Shown here: one piece after another, positions 1 to 10,731 of the stretch
How positions within the stretch are numbered: the stretch's first letter is position 1
Layout of the letters: each line of letters opens with the position of its first letter
Source of the DNA: a virus
IMG/VR virus record: IMGVR_UViG_3300008107_000014
Span: 32,001-96,000 of that record
Reading direction: 5' to 3' (one strand)
Length of the DNA: 64,000 nt
Made by a program: the position numbers and the translations under genes
Notes under the pieces: generated by a model
Databases searched by the model: none
Seen by the model: only the letters and a program-made list of their open reading frames with translations
What the model was told of the DNA's origin: nothing

Positions 1-1
1 T

Positions 2-1336
2 TCTGCCGATGCGCTATTCTTTAAGTATGACGGAATTAATAATTCTATTATCATTGGACAAGATCCTCTATACAATCCTGGTAGTATTGATGTTAGAAAT
101 ATTAAAGTTTATATTGATGAGCAGCCAATTGACTTTATTAGACAATGGAGCTTCAATGGTATCGATAATCGATTAACAGTGCTTACAGAATATTTAAAAC
201 TTGGAGCAGAAATAAGAATAGAAGTTCAACGAGATGACTTTTATCGAGTTGAAAATGATAATCTACGTTTATTGCCATCGTTGACAATAGCAGCCGGTGA
301 TATTATTAAAGTAACATGGTTCAGTGAATATCCAACAATGTCAATTATCAAAGATAGATTTCCGGGAAATCGAGGAGTCTTTAAATTAAGACGACAGGTT
401 GATAATTTTTCAACAGTATGGATTTACAAAAATGGTACAAGATTGACTCCTGATGTTGATTACTCAGTTGACATCAACTTTAGTTTTATTAAGTTAAAAA
501 ATTCTGCGTTAGCAACAGACGCTATTACATTGATTGTATTTGGACAAAAAGATTATGAATTGCCTATCTCTTATGAAATTTTTAAAGATATGCTAAACGT
601 TAATCATTATAAGCGTTATTCAATCGGCACAGTAAAATTAGATCAGCCATTGAATTATTACGATACTGAAATTATTGTGAATAATGCATCTGATCTAATT
701 ACGCCTGATCTGCCAAATAGAGTACCTGGCATGTTGTTAATCAACAACGAACGTATCGAATACTATACTAAAACAGGTAATGTCCTGGGTCAGTTGACTA
801 GGGGAATTCAAGGATCTTCTACACCAGAAGTACACGCCGCAGGAACTGATGTTGCCGATGTATCGGTAACTGAAAGTTTACCGTATCGTGAATATCAAGA
901 AAAAGAAGAGTTTATCAGCGATGGTAGTAGTTTATTAATTGGACCGTTAATGAATACCCCAGTAAAGGCTACTCCGACTACATGGTATCGATCATCAATT
1001 CCTAGTAACTTTGGACCAAATCATCAGTACGAAGTGTTTGTTAACGGAAAACGTTTACGTAAAGATCCGTATGCGCAATACTTGGAAAATAATGGATCTT
1101 ATAGTCCAGCAGCCGATATTAATGTTGAAGCAGAGTTCTCCGTTGACGGAACTACAGCATATATTAGACTTACGTCAAAAGTACCTGCAGGAACCAAGAT
1201 TACAATCATTAGTCGTAGCGGTAAAATCTTCTACGATAGTGGGTTAACGACACCTGCATCGGGTGCTTCACTAATTTTAAACGATTCTGTGGTCGCTAAG
1301 TTTTTAAGAAATAAGCGCACAAAATTACCAGAATAA
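2..1336 (+). CDS. Virion structural protein, probably baseplate (5'-truncated by window edge)
   Basis: Frame is open from position 2 with no upstream stop. Beta-rich repetitive sequence, located upstream of tail-fibre genes. Confidence 0.55.
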   Translation, partial: SADALFFKYDGINNSIIIGQDPLYNPGSIDVRNIKVYIDEQPIDFIRQWSFNGIDNRLTVLTEYLKLGAEIRIEVQRDDFYRVENDNLRLLPSLTIAAGDIIKVTWFSEYPTMSIIKDRFPGNRGVFKLRRQVDNFSTVWIYKNGTRLTPDVDYSVDINFSFIKLKNSALATDAITLIVFGQKDYELPISYEIFKDMLNVNHYKRYSIGTVKLDQPLNYYDTEIIVNNASDLITPDLPNRVPGMLLINNERIEYYTKTGNVLGQLTRGIQGSSTPEVHAAGTDVADVSVTESLPYREYQEKEEFISDGSSLLIGPLMNTPVKATPTTWYRSSIPSNFGPNHQYEVFVNGKRLRKDPYAQYLENNGSYSPAADINVEAEFSVDGTTAYIRLTSKVPAGTKITIISRSGKIFYDSGLTTPASGASLILNDSVVAKFLRNKRTKLPE

Positions 1337-1339
1337 ATA
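1333..1339 (+). promoter_or_regulatory. Late-promoter-like motif ATAAATA
   Basis: Resembles T4 late promoter TATAAATA. Lies just before the next structural gene and recurs before many genes. Confidence 0.5.
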
Positions 1340-1355
1340 CACTGTGAGAAATATT

Positions 1356-1994
1356 ATGTCGAACAAAGAAAATGAAAAAATTATGACTAAACCGAACGAA
1401 ACGCTAGGCTTTCATATTGAAGGCCATATTAAAATATGGGATCCAGCAACTGGTGAAATATTTCGTGATAAACGAAATGCAATTCATTATGAAAATATGA
1501 GCCAGGCACTAGCCCAAAGCTTATCAGTTCAGGGCAAGGGCACTGTTTATCAAATGGTATTCGGAACCGGCGGCACAACTGTTGACCCTACTGGGCTGAT
1601 TACTTATCTAACTCCAAATACTACAGGTACTAATTCTAGTCTTTATAATCAAACCTACGCCAAAGTAGTTGATCAAAGTGCTAAAGAAAATTTGGATCCT
1701 GTTAGAAATAAGATGGAAGTTAGACATATTAGTGGTGCAACTTATTCCGACATTATTGTAACTTGTTTCTTAGACTACGGAGAACCTTCCGGACAAGAAG
1801 CCTTTGACAACAGTCAAACGATGGATGGTAATTTTATATTTGACGAACTTGGATTAAAGGGATTCGATGCAGCCGGTAACGGTAAGTTGTTAACTCATGT
1901 TGTTTTCCATCCAGTTCAAAAATCTTTGAACAGACTGATGCAGATTGATTACACTGTACGTATTCAAAGTTTAACTGGTTTTAACGAGGTATAA
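1356..1994 (+). CDS. Putative baseplate/tail structural protein
   Basis: Context, plus FDELGL...LLTHVVFHPVQKS...IDYTVRI C-terminus like tail-fibre attachment proteins. ATG at 1356 preferred over GTG 1344. Confidence 0.5.
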   Translation: MSNKENEKIMTKPNETLGFHIEGHIKIWDPATGEIFRDKRNAIHYENMSQALAQSLSVQGKGTVYQMVFGTGGTTVDPTGLITYLTPNTTGTNSSLYNQTYAKVVDQSAKENLDPVRNKMEVRHISGATYSDIIVTCFLDYGEPSGQEAFDNSQTMDGNFIFDELGLKGFDAAGNGKLLTHVVFHPVQKSLNRLMQIDYTVRIQSLTGFNEV

Positions 1995-1995
1995 C

Positions 1996-4125
1996 ATGCC
2001 ATATATTGTAACGTTTACTGAAAAAGATCAAAAGGTACCTATTACTGTATATGACAATACGTCAAATACTGATACCTCTATTACACTGCCTGGCCGTAAT
2101 GTAACCGGCTATGGGCAAATTATTGCAGAAAATTTTATTAGATTGTTAGAAAATTTTGCAGGACCGGGAAGACCGACCAACCCCGTTGAAGGACAGTTGT
2201 GGTATAACACAACCAACGAGCAATTACAGATATGGGATAATGTTGACTGGAAAGCAGCTAGTAATATTCAAACTAGTGTTGCTACACCAGATGCAGCGGC
2301 TAGTAGAAAAGGCGATTTATGGGTTGATACTAATAAACAACAACTTTCTATTTACTCCGGCAACAAATGGATATTAGTTGGTCCATATGTTAGTACAATT
2401 GACGGAAAACGAACCGGACCTATTGTTGAAACTATCATTGGATCGGATAACTTAGATAAGACAGTAGTAACGTTTTATATTGATGATTCTCCTATTATGA
2501 TTATCAGCAAGGAGCAATTTTATCCCAAAGCAGATATTGCGGGATTTACAGCACAGGGGATTAAACCCGGAATCAATATTACCGCAGAAACATTTGTAAC
2601 AGGATTTCCAACTAGATTACTGGGAGTTGCTACATCGTCTGAAGCACTTAGAGTTAACGAAGCAGATGTTGCTGCATCTTTATTTTTAAGATCCGACGCA
2701 ATTAACACCACCGAATATCAACTTAATGTTCGAAATAATTCTGGTATTACAGTTGGTGCTGATAGTACATTTAATATTTTAAGTGGTTCATCGGGCGGCA
2801 AACTTTATAATTCGTTGGCCGGTGGATCAATTGACATTCAAACATCTAAATTAGGTTTGCCAGCTACGATTCTTCGTGTTAAAGAAGATAATGTCGGCAT
2901 TAATACACTTGAACCACAAGCGTCCTTGCATGTCACTGGCGATGCAATTATTACTAATGTAGTTAATTTAACCAGCGCAACTGATGCAGTTAACGTCAAT
3001 AGTGGAGCATTACAGGTCACAGGCGGTGTTTCAATTAAAAAGAAATTAGTAGTTGGCGGTAACATTGATTCTCAAAGCACATTATCTACAAGAACAATTC
3101 TACCAGCCGTATCTAACACCTACGATATTGGAACAAGCGAACTTAGATATAACAACATCTATTCTAAAAAAATAACAGCCCAAGAGTTTGATGGTGCATT
3201 TACAGGTAACATTTCCGGTAATGCTGATACTGCTAATGCATTAAAAAATACAACAACCTTTAAATTCAAAGGAGCAGTTACATTAAAAACTGACGTTGTC
3301 TTTGACGGATCTGGAACAGCAACTGTCAAAGAGTTTGATACTGTACTGTCGCTTGACTTTATTGCTAATCAGAACACCCTAAGTACTTCGACTTATGATA
3401 CTAGTGTATTGGTATATGTTCCTCGTTCATTGTCATCTAATAAACTTGGAAAAATGACTCGAGACGACTTTGTTGGAGAACTAGGAGTCCCCATTGGTAC
3501 AATTATGCCATTTGCTGGTGACATTGTGCCTAAGGGTTATTTGTTGTGTGACGGTAGTGAAGTTTTTAGAAATCAATATTCTGATTTGTATAATCTTATA
3601 TTAGACAAATATGTTCCTAGTGGATATGTATGGAAATCAGGATCGGACTATCAAACATATTTTAAATTACCTGATCTTCGAGGTCGATTCCCACTAGGCG
3701 CAGACAATATGTCTAATGGATTAACAATAGCATCAACATCTGTTTCGGCAGGTGGCGGCTCAGTTAATCGCGTATCTGGTACAGAAGCAAGTAGACTAGG
3801 CGGATCATCTGGTCAAGCTGCCTATGGATTAACAACTGGTAATTTACCGCAGCATCAACATGATATGAGAGGTGTACGTCCAGACGGAACACCAGGCGAA
3901 CAGTACTATGCGGTTAACGCAACCACCGCAACTCCTATTGATGCTAGTGCAACATTAAGAGCAGGCGGTGTGCCTGTAGCTGGTCAGTTAGCTAGTTTAG
4001 CAAGTTCTGGAAATATCAAAGATCAAACTCAACTGGCTCAACAATTTCCATTGATGAACCCATACCAAACTATTAATTACATTATTAGATATGGTCGCGA
4101 CTTCTTTGATGCAGCTAATAGATAA
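1996..4125 (+). CDS. Tail fibre protein with phage tail-collar domain
   Basis: C-terminal PIGTIMPFAG..PKGYLLCDGS..FKLPDLRGRFPLG collar motif. N-terminal GYGxxxxENFxxLLENFA domain shared with three paralogues. Confidence 0.8.
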   Translation: MPYIVTFTEKDQKVPITVYDNTSNTDTSITLPGRNVTGYGQIIAENFIRLLENFAGPGRPTNPVEGQLWYNTTNEQLQIWDNVDWKAASNIQTSVATPDAAASRKGDLWVDTNKQQLSIYSGNKWILVGPYVSTIDGKRTGPIVETIIGSDNLDKTVVTFYIDDSPIMIISKEQFYPKADIAGFTAQGIKPGINITAETFVTGFPTRLLGVATSSEALRVNEADVAASLFLRSDAINTTEYQLNVRNNSGITVGADSTFNILSGSSGGKLYNSLAGGSIDIQTSKLGLPATILRVKEDNVGINTLEPQASLHVTGDAIITNVVNLTSATDAVNVNSGALQVTGGVSIKKKLVVGGNIDSQSTLSTRTILPAVSNTYDIGTSELRYNNIYSKKITAQEFDGAFTGNISGNADTANALKNTTTFKFKGAVTLKTDVVFDGSGTATVKEFDTVLSLDFIANQNTLSTSTYDTSVLVYVPRSLSSNKLGKMTRDDFVGELGVPIGTIMPFAGDIVPKGYLLCDGSEVFRNQYSDLYNLILDKYVPSGYVWKSGSDYQTYFKLPDLRGRFPLGADNMSNGLTIASTSVSAGGGSVNRVSGTEASRLGGSSGQAAYGLTTGNLPQHQHDMRGVRPDGTPGEQYYAVNATTATPIDASATLRAGGVPVAGQLASLASSGNIKDQTQLAQQFPLMNPYQTINYIIRYGRDFFDAANR

Positions 4126-4138
4126 TAGGGTATAAAAC

Positions 4139-6052
4139 ATGGCATACATAGTTAATAAAACAGACGGCAATATTTTATCAACTGTTTCAGATGGGCAGAT
4201 TGATCAATTAAGTTCGTCTTTAACATTAATTGGAAAAAATTACAGCGGGTTTGGAGAATATCTTAACGAAAATCTTGTTAAGTTATTAGAAAATTTCTCG
4301 AATAATACTCGTCCTTCTCGATCAATACGGGGACAATTGTGGTTCGATACCGGTGAATTACGTTTAAAAGTTTATACAGGATCTGACTACAAAGCAGTTG
4401 GATCAGCAGCATTAACATCTATCCAACCAGTTGGGTTGGGATCTGGAGATTTTTGGTATAACACCAGTAAGGATCAATTATTCTTTTATGACGGTACTAC
4501 TCCGTTATTGGTATCACCTGCATATAGTAAAACACAATTAAAGAGTGGATTTATAATTGAGACAGTTAGAGATACATTAGGATCGGACCAAACTGTTGTT
4601 CTACTCTATGCTGGCGGTAATTTATTAGGTGTGTTTAGTAAAGCGCGATTTAAACCAGTTAATCCTATCATTGGTTATCCAGCTGATTCTTTCATTAACA
4701 TTGGTTTTAACTCTGGAAAATTTCCAGGATTAGAAACAGATTCTGCGTATGATGTTAAATTTGACACCACTGTAAGTAATTCGATATTATTAAATGGGCA
4801 ACCTATTACATCTTTTGTTAGAACAGACACACCCGCTGTTACTATTTTAGGTTCTATTACAACAGCCAGTGACGACGGTTTTACGTTTGGATCTCAAAAC
4901 CAAGGCAGTTTAAAAATTTCCGCACTAGGCGAGCTAGTACTCTCAAACAGAGCTAGAGGGCAAGACATCAATATTCAAGTTAATAAAAACGACGTTGAAT
5001 ATAGAACAGTAATTGCAATTTCAGCGGCTACTGATGTAACAAACATCTATCAAAACGTTCCGGACAGTTTACTTAAAGTTGGCGGCAGTGTTGAGATTAC
5101 TGGTAATCTATCGGTACTGGGCGATGTTTTAACAGTTAATACATCAGTAATGACCATTGAAGATAAGAATATTGAGCTTGCTAGAGTCCCAAGTCCAAGC
5201 GATGATATTGCCAGCGGTGGCGGACTGATACTCAAAGGCGGCACAGTCGGTGGCGGACTAAAAGACCATGTGTTAATTTGGTCACAGACTAACGAAGCAG
5301 CAGTCGGAACACTTCCGGCATTAAAGTCACAGGCATGGAATAGCTCAGATGATTTCAATATTGCAGCTAATAAAGCATATTACGTCAACGGTGCCAAGGT
5401 AATTGACGGCAGTTCTTTGGGCGTTGGGATTACATCTGCTCCGGGATTAACATCCTTTGGTACATTTAGTGACTTTACAGTTGATGATATTTTTATTAAT
5501 GACAATGAAATTTCAACTCGATTCACTAACACTGACTTAGTGTTTAATCCATCTGGAACTGGTACAATTAGAGTAAGTGGCACTGAAATTAAAGATCTAA
5601 AATTTGTTTACAACTCGTTTACACAACAAGTTGAAAGTCCACTATTGCCAAATGATGCAGCGCCTAAGGGTTATGTTGACTTTGCAGTTAAAAAAGCTCC
5701 TTTGGCGTTTGCCATGGATATAAGTGATCCTAGTAACCCAGGTTCGCAATTATCAAACGCTGCGATTGCTGTTTTCCTAGCACAGGTATTTCCAGTCGTC
5801 GAACACATAGCTGGAACAACACTAAGAGTATTATGTTCATATCTTACCAACAGCGTTGAAACATTATCTATCAGTACAGAATTAAACAAACAATATAGAA
5901 CAGTTGTTACTGGAGTAAGTCCAACTACTACGGGCACTGCATTGGAAGACATAACTATATCATCGATCACGTTACCGACCAGCGATTTAATTCTTACTAG
6001 AACAGTTAAGACTTACACGCTTGATTCGGGTGTGTGGACTTTCCAATCATAA
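4139..6052 (+). CDS. Tail fibre/baseplate-associated protein (paralogue 2)
   Basis: Shared N-terminal LIGKNYSGFGEYLNENLVKLLENF..GQLWFD domain. Confidence 0.7.
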   Translation: MAYIVNKTDGNILSTVSDGQIDQLSSSLTLIGKNYSGFGEYLNENLVKLLENFSNNTRPSRSIRGQLWFDTGELRLKVYTGSDYKAVGSAALTSIQPVGLGSGDFWYNTSKDQLFFYDGTTPLLVSPAYSKTQLKSGFIIETVRDTLGSDQTVVLLYAGGNLLGVFSKARFKPVNPIIGYPADSFINIGFNSGKFPGLETDSAYDVKFDTTVSNSILLNGQPITSFVRTDTPAVTILGSITTASDDGFTFGSQNQGSLKISALGELVLSNRARGQDINIQVNKNDVEYRTVIAISAATDVTNIYQNVPDSLLKVGGSVEITGNLSVLGDVLTVNTSVMTIEDKNIELARVPSPSDDIASGGGLILKGGTVGGGLKDHVLIWSQTNEAAVGTLPALKSQAWNSSDDFNIAANKAYYVNGAKVIDGSSLGVGITSAPGLTSFGTFSDFTVDDIFINDNEISTRFTNTDLVFNPSGTGTIRVSGTEIKDLKFVYNSFTQQVESPLLPNDAAPKGYVDFAVKKAPLAFAMDISDPSNPGSQLSNAAIAVFLAQVFPVVEHIAGTTLRVLCSYLTNSVETLSISTELNKQYRTVVTGVSPTTTGTALEDITISSITLPTSDLILTRTVKTYTLDSGVWTFQS

Positions 6053-6066
6053 CAGGAAATTAAAGC

Positions 6067-7881
6067 ATGTCATATCAGATTAATAAATGGAACGGTGACG
6101 AATTAACTGTTCTTGAAGACGGAAGGATAAATGCCAACACTAGTATTAAACTAGTAGGCAGAAATTATTCAGGCTATGGTGAGATTCAAAACGAAAACTT
6201 TTTGTTTTTATTAGAAAATTTTGCAGGACAAGGTGCTCCGGCTAAACCGATAACTGGACAAATTTATTATAATACAGTAACTAAAATTTTAAGTTTGTAT
6301 GATGGAAATGATTGGAATCCGGTATCAGCAGCATCCATTGCTGATGATCCGTCTATTACTCCTGCCGAAGGTGAACTTTGGATTAAAAATTCTACTAAAC
6401 AACTTTTTATCTATGACGGCACTTCGCCGTATACCGAAGCAGGTTGGAAATTAATTGGTCCGGAAGCAGTTGAGCCACCATTTGGTGTTACTAGATTAGT
6501 AAGTGCAAGAATTCGAGATTTATCTTTAAATTATCATGCTATCAGCAAATTAATAGTCAACGACATTGTATTAGCAATTCTTAGTGCTGATATCTTTACA
6601 ATTAATTCGTTGGATGCAATTCCTGGTTTTTCGTCAATCACTAAAGGCATTAACCTATCGTTACTAGCAGGATTCCAAGGGGACGTTAGCGGCAATGCTG
6701 GTAGTGCCAATCAATTAAGAATACCAAGAAAGATCAACGGAGTTGATTTTAATGGAACAGCAGATATTTCAATCAGTGCCACATTAATAAATTCCCTTTC
6801 ACGCGGAACACATCTAATTGGCGGCGCCACCGGATTTAATGGATCTGCTAGTTCGACTTGGAGTGTAGATGCATCTACTACCCAAAACGGTAAAATTGTT
6901 TTAAGAGATATTATTGGTAATTTCACAGCTAACGAAATTACAGCAAACCTAGTAGGCAATGTAAGAGGTGATCTAACTGGTGATGTTTATGCAACTAGTG
7001 GCACAAAAGTTTTAGAAAGCGGCACAACTGGCGGTAATGCTACGTTTACAGGTAGTGTTACTGGTAATGTTACTGGTAATGCAGATACTGCAACTAAGCT
7101 AATACAGTCTAGGACAATTAACGGTGTTGCATTTGATGGTACTCAAAATATTACTATCAGTGCATCGGCAGCATCGGGATTAACAGCCGGTGCATATATT
7201 ACTGTTAACGGGGGATCTGGATCTACATTCAATGGCGCAGAAATACAAACATGGAATGTAAAAGCCGATACCGGACCAGTTCCATTATTTTTAGTTGCTA
7301 GAGATGCTTCGGGTGATTTTGCTGCGAGAGAAATCACAGCAACTAAGTTTATTGGAAATGCAGACACTGCTACAAAATTAGTTTCTGCAAAGAATATTAA
7401 CGGTGTAGCATTTGACGGCACACAGAGCATTACAATTAGTGACAACACTAAGATGCCAAACGCTGGCGGACAGTTTACCGGGTTTATAACCTTACATGCT
7501 AGACCAACACAAGAATTTCATGCTGCTACCAAAGAATACGTAGATTATAAAACGAAGTCTGTTGCAGATTCAATCCCGCCTATTTTTATTAGCTTAGATA
7601 CTCGTGGATTAAATGAAACTACATCCGGTCCTGGTACAGTAGTTGAATTATTAAACACATTAGCACCTCCGAGTCAGTTTGCAGCAGGCGTGTTGTGTCG
7701 AGTGGCATCAACTATTCAAAACGTAAGCACTTCAGTTACTGCATCTACTGGTAGTTTTATTGGTAGAGCGTTTTTAACAGGTGTATCAGTGACCACTACA
7801 GTTAGTGATCCTGGTAGAAACAATGATTTAGTTTATAGAACTAATAGTCTAAGAACAAGTTGGGAATATGTATCAGGATAA
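6067..7881 (+). CDS. Tail fibre protein (paralogue 3) with GNADTATKL..INGVAFDGT repeats
   Basis: Shared N-terminal domain and three 29-aa fibre repeats. Confidence 0.75.
   Translation: MSYQINKWNGDELTVLEDGRINANTSIKLVGRNYSGYGEIQNENFLFLLENFAGQGAPAKPITGQIYYNTVTKILSLYDGNDWNPVSAASIADDPSITPAEGELWIKNSTKQLFIYDGTSPYTEAGWKLIGPEAVEPPFGVTRLVSARIRDLSLNYHAISKLIVNDIVLAILSADIFTINSLDAIPGFSSITKGINLSLLAGFQGDVSGNAGSANQLRIPRKINGVDFNGTADISISATLINSLSRGTHLIGGATGFNGSASSTWSVDASTTQNGKIVLRDIIGNFTANEITANLVGNVRGDLTGDVYATSGTKVLESGTTGGNATFTGSVTGNVTGNADTATKLIQSRTINGVAFDGTQNITISASAASGLTAGAYITVNGGSGSTFNGAEIQTWNVKADTGPVPLFLVARDASGDFAAREITATKFIGNADTATKLVSAKNINGVAFDGTQSITISDNTKMPNAGGQFTGFITLHARPTQEFHAATKEYVDYKTKSVADSIPPIFISLDTRGLNETTSGPGTVVELLNTLAPPSQFAAGVLCRVASTIQNVSTSVTASTGSFIGRAFLTGVSVTTTVSDPGRNNDLVYRTNSLRTSWEYVSG
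6691..7440 (+). repeat. Three dispersed 87-nt (29-aa) tail-fibre repeats at 6691-6777, 7075-7161 and 7354-7440
   Basis: GNAGSANQL..INGVDFNGTADISIS / GNADTATKL..INGVAFDGTQNITIS / GNADTATKL..INGVAFDGTQSITIS. Confidence 0.8.
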
Positions 7882-8365
7882 AATTAAAAAGATAGAAAAT
7901 TTTTTAACCAATGCTGATGAAATTATTGCGTTAGCAGAGCAACATATTGAAAAATTTTCTATCAGAAGTCCTGGAAAGTTAGATAATTTTGAAACACCGT
8001 ATGGTAGTAGCAATTTAAAAAGTTTGTTTTACTATAATGCCAGTCAAGAGTTACAAGACGCAGTATGGAAAACTCTTCCGTATGACAAATACACTAGGGG
8101 AGATTTTGTTATTAACAGATACGATCCGGGTGATTTTTTATTAAGACACAAGGATAGTCAAGGGTGTTATTGGAAGTTTCAATTGGTGTTTTTGCAGTCC
8201 GACGAAAACCATTTTGTTTGGTATGACGAAGATAACAATCAAAACATAGTTGAAGAAAAACCGGGCATGTTATTAGACATGCCTCTATATGTAGAACATG
8301 AAGTTACTACAATAGGAATAAATGAAAGACCTAAATACAGTTTAGTTCTTTATTGGGGAATATAA
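7868..8365 (+). CDS. 2OG-Fe(II) oxygenase
   Basis: NRYDPGDFLLRHKD (HxD), distal HEVT and KYSLV, the prolyl-hydroxylase-like DSBH pattern. Confidence 0.75.
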   Translation: MYQDKIKKIENFLTNADEIIALAEQHIEKFSIRSPGKLDNFETPYGSSNLKSLFYYNASQELQDAVWKTLPYDKYTRGDFVINRYDPGDFLLRHKDSQGCYWKFQLVFLQSDENHFVWYDEDNNQNIVEEKPGMLLDMPLYVEHEVTTIGINERPKYSLVLYWGI

Positions 8366-8842
8366 ATGGCAAAAGAAACAAGAACGTTATTATTTTTAAA
8401 ATCTACAGGTGTGCTCATTGGCGAGTTGTCTGACAAAACATCAACTGAGTTTATGGATCTTGCTAAGTTTGATACTAAATCTGTAGACCTAGATGAAGGC
8501 GCCGGGGATTATTACTACGGTGATTATGCAACAGGCGAAGTACGGAATCACTATGAGAAGCCAGTCATTAACGAAAGTCTCGTTAAGTATGCCGCTAACG
8601 TAAAAATTTTAAATGCTTACCCTATACACAAGCAGATTAATATCATTATAGAGATGTTAAATGCCAATGAATCCTTGGTAAAAACTGAAAAATTCAATGA
8701 AATGATTGCATTTTTAAATGCACAGCGTCAGGCTTACATTGACAAAGTTGCTGGTTTTTCAGATCCCAATTCATTCCACTGGATCGGTGAAGCGGAAGAG
8801 CAGGCTACAAAAGTAGCCAAGCGCGGCGTGAACCTATTGTAA
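8366..8842 (+). CDS. Hypothetical protein (possible tail-fibre assembly/accessory)
   Basis: Intact ORF abutting the oxygenase, between fibre genes. Confidence 0.45.
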   Translation: MAKETRTLLFLKSTGVLIGELSDKTSTEFMDLAKFDTKSVDLDEGAGDYYYGDYATGEVRNHYEKPVINESLVKYAANVKILNAYPIHKQINIIIEMLNANESLVKTEKFNEMIAFLNAQRQAYIDKVAGFSDPNSFHWIGEAEEQATKVAKRGVNLL

Positions 8843-8849
8843 CAAACAA

Positions 8850-8856
8850 ATAAATA
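8850..8856 (+). promoter_or_regulatory. Late-promoter-like motif ATAAATA
   Basis: Intergenic, upstream of GGAG RBS and ATG 8874. Confidence 0.5.
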
Positions 8857-8873
8857 TAAGAACGGAGCAGACA

Positions 8874-10718
8874 ATGGCATACCAAGTTGATAAATTTAAT
8901 GGAACTTTCCTAACTAACGTACCGGACGGTACAATTGATTCTACTACAGATCTACGATTTGTTGGTAAGAATTATGCTGGTTACGGTGAAGTTCAGAACG
9001 AAAACTTTCTACATTTACTAGAAAATTTTGCAAATACCACGCAGCCCCCAAAGCGTATTTCTGGACAAATTTGGTATGACAGCGGTAAGAAGCGTTTGCG
9101 ATTCTTTGACGGTTCTCAATTCAAAGTTGCTAACGGTGCTGAAATCGGCGATATTGCTCCTACAGGATTGCAAATTGGCGAGATGTGGTTAGACACTGGT
9201 ACAAATCAACTTAAAGTATGGACGAATACTGGATTTGTATTGGTTGGACCACAGACAGCACCTGGATTTGGTGCTTCGACATTTAGTGCAGTGGTAGTTA
9301 GAGCCGAAGGCGGTACAAACTATGCTATTGTAAAGGTATTAGTTGCTGACGAAACTGTTGCTGTTATCAGTAAAGCTGCATTTAAAATTGATTCAACAAT
9401 TAATCCGGTTCCGGGATTCAGTGAAATTAAAAAAGGATTTACTCTACCAGAGGCTAATGGTACTACTGGAGTTACTGCATTAAACTGGAAATTCTGGGGT
9501 ACGGCAGCAAATGCAGATAGACTAGGTGGTGCACTGGCCAGTGAATACATTAAAACCAGCGAAGCTAGCTTTAGTAATCCAGTTACATTTACCAACGACG
9601 GTTTTGAAGTTGGTTTTCCTGGAGGTAAACCATTTAGAGTGTTTATTGAAGGCGGCGAGTTTCCAATTATTCAAAACTCTAAAGGTCTTAACGGTGACCC
9701 GGGTACACTAACGTTTCGAATTAAACAAGTTGACGTAGATAGAGATCCGATCGTAATTAATAAAGATGGATTTTATCCTATTCTTCCGTCTGGCACAACT
9801 TTACCTGTATTTGATATAGGTAAAACAGATAGCAAATATAGAAACGTTTATGCTACAACAGTGTATGCAAATACCCAAGGTAATGTCATAGACTCTACAG
9901 GAACTAAAACATTACTAAATGTCACTGATAGATCATTTGCTGGTAATATTATTGCCAATGACGGTACTACATCGTTTAACGCTCAGACTAGAGTTTTCAA
10001 CGGATTCTTTACTGGATCTGTAGGAACAACCCAAGTACCTGCGGCAGTTATCGGAGACGTTACAGGCAACGTTACTGGTCGTTCGGGCACATTGGTAGTT
10101 GACGGCGGCGAAGCTAGATCTGCAACATCAACCGGCATACTAGTCAACACAGTAGCAGCTAGGGATGTCAATGGCGACTTAACTGCCCGTATTTTTAAAG
10201 GCACTTCGGAAAAATCCGATAAATTAAAAGTAGGCAGTTCCGAATATTATACTGCATCGATCGCAGTTCCATCAGGCGGCGACAAAACTTCCATTGTATC
10301 TAGAGACAACAACGGCGATATCAACGTTAATGTTATGAACGGTACTGCTACCGCAGCACGTTATGCTGACTTAGCAGAAAAATATCTTCCTGATGCAGAC
10401 TATGAAGCTGGCACTGTAGTGGTGATTGGTGGAGAGAAAGAAGTTACTGCTAGTTCATGGGGACAACGTGCTATTGGTGTAGTAAGTACTAACCCAGCTT
10501 ATATGATGAATAAAGACCTAGAAGGCGGCGTATATATTGCACTTAAAGGTCGTGTACCAGTTAAAGTTATTGGTCGCGTTAAAAAAGGCGACGAATTGAT
10601 TGCAGCAGATAATGGATATGCAATGATGGCAGTTCCTCATGCTAGCAGAGTTTTTGCAGTAGCTTTAGAAAGTAATAATGACGAAGGCGGGAAGGTCATT
10701 GAAGCTTTAATTTTATAA
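8874..10718 (+). CDS. Tail fibre/spike (paralogue 4) with C-terminal intramolecular-chaperone (peptidase G2-like) domain
   Basis: Shared N-terminal domain. C-terminal YADLAEKY..GTVVVIGG..IGVVSTNPAYMMN..IALKGRVPVKV. Confidence 0.75.
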   Translation: MAYQVDKFNGTFLTNVPDGTIDSTTDLRFVGKNYAGYGEVQNENFLHLLENFANTTQPPKRISGQIWYDSGKKRLRFFDGSQFKVANGAEIGDIAPTGLQIGEMWLDTGTNQLKVWTNTGFVLVGPQTAPGFGASTFSAVVVRAEGGTNYAIVKVLVADETVAVISKAAFKIDSTINPVPGFSEIKKGFTLPEANGTTGVTALNWKFWGTAANADRLGGALASEYIKTSEASFSNPVTFTNDGFEVGFPGGKPFRVFIEGGEFPIIQNSKGLNGDPGTLTFRIKQVDVDRDPIVINKDGFYPILPSGTTLPVFDIGKTDSKYRNVYATTVYANTQGNVIDSTGTKTLLNVTDRSFAGNIIANDGTTSFNAQTRVFNGFFTGSVGTTQVPAAVIGDVTGNVTGRSGTLVVDGGEARSATSTGILVNTVAARDVNGDLTARIFKGTSEKSDKLKVGSSEYYTASIAVPSGGDKTSIVSRDNNGDINVNVMNGTATAARYADLAEKYLPDADYEAGTVVVIGGEKEVTASSWGQRAIGVVSTNPAYMMNKDLEGGVYIALKGRVPVKVIGRVKKGDELIAADNGYAMMAVPHASRVFAVALESNNDEGGKVIEALIL

Positions 10719-10731
10719 TTAGGATAATACA

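Noticed and set aside
6691-7440. Diversity-generating retroelement or invertible fibre cassette
   Set aside because: The repeats are diverged in-frame protein repeats. No reverse transcriptase, invertase or adenine-specific TR/VR pair was seen.
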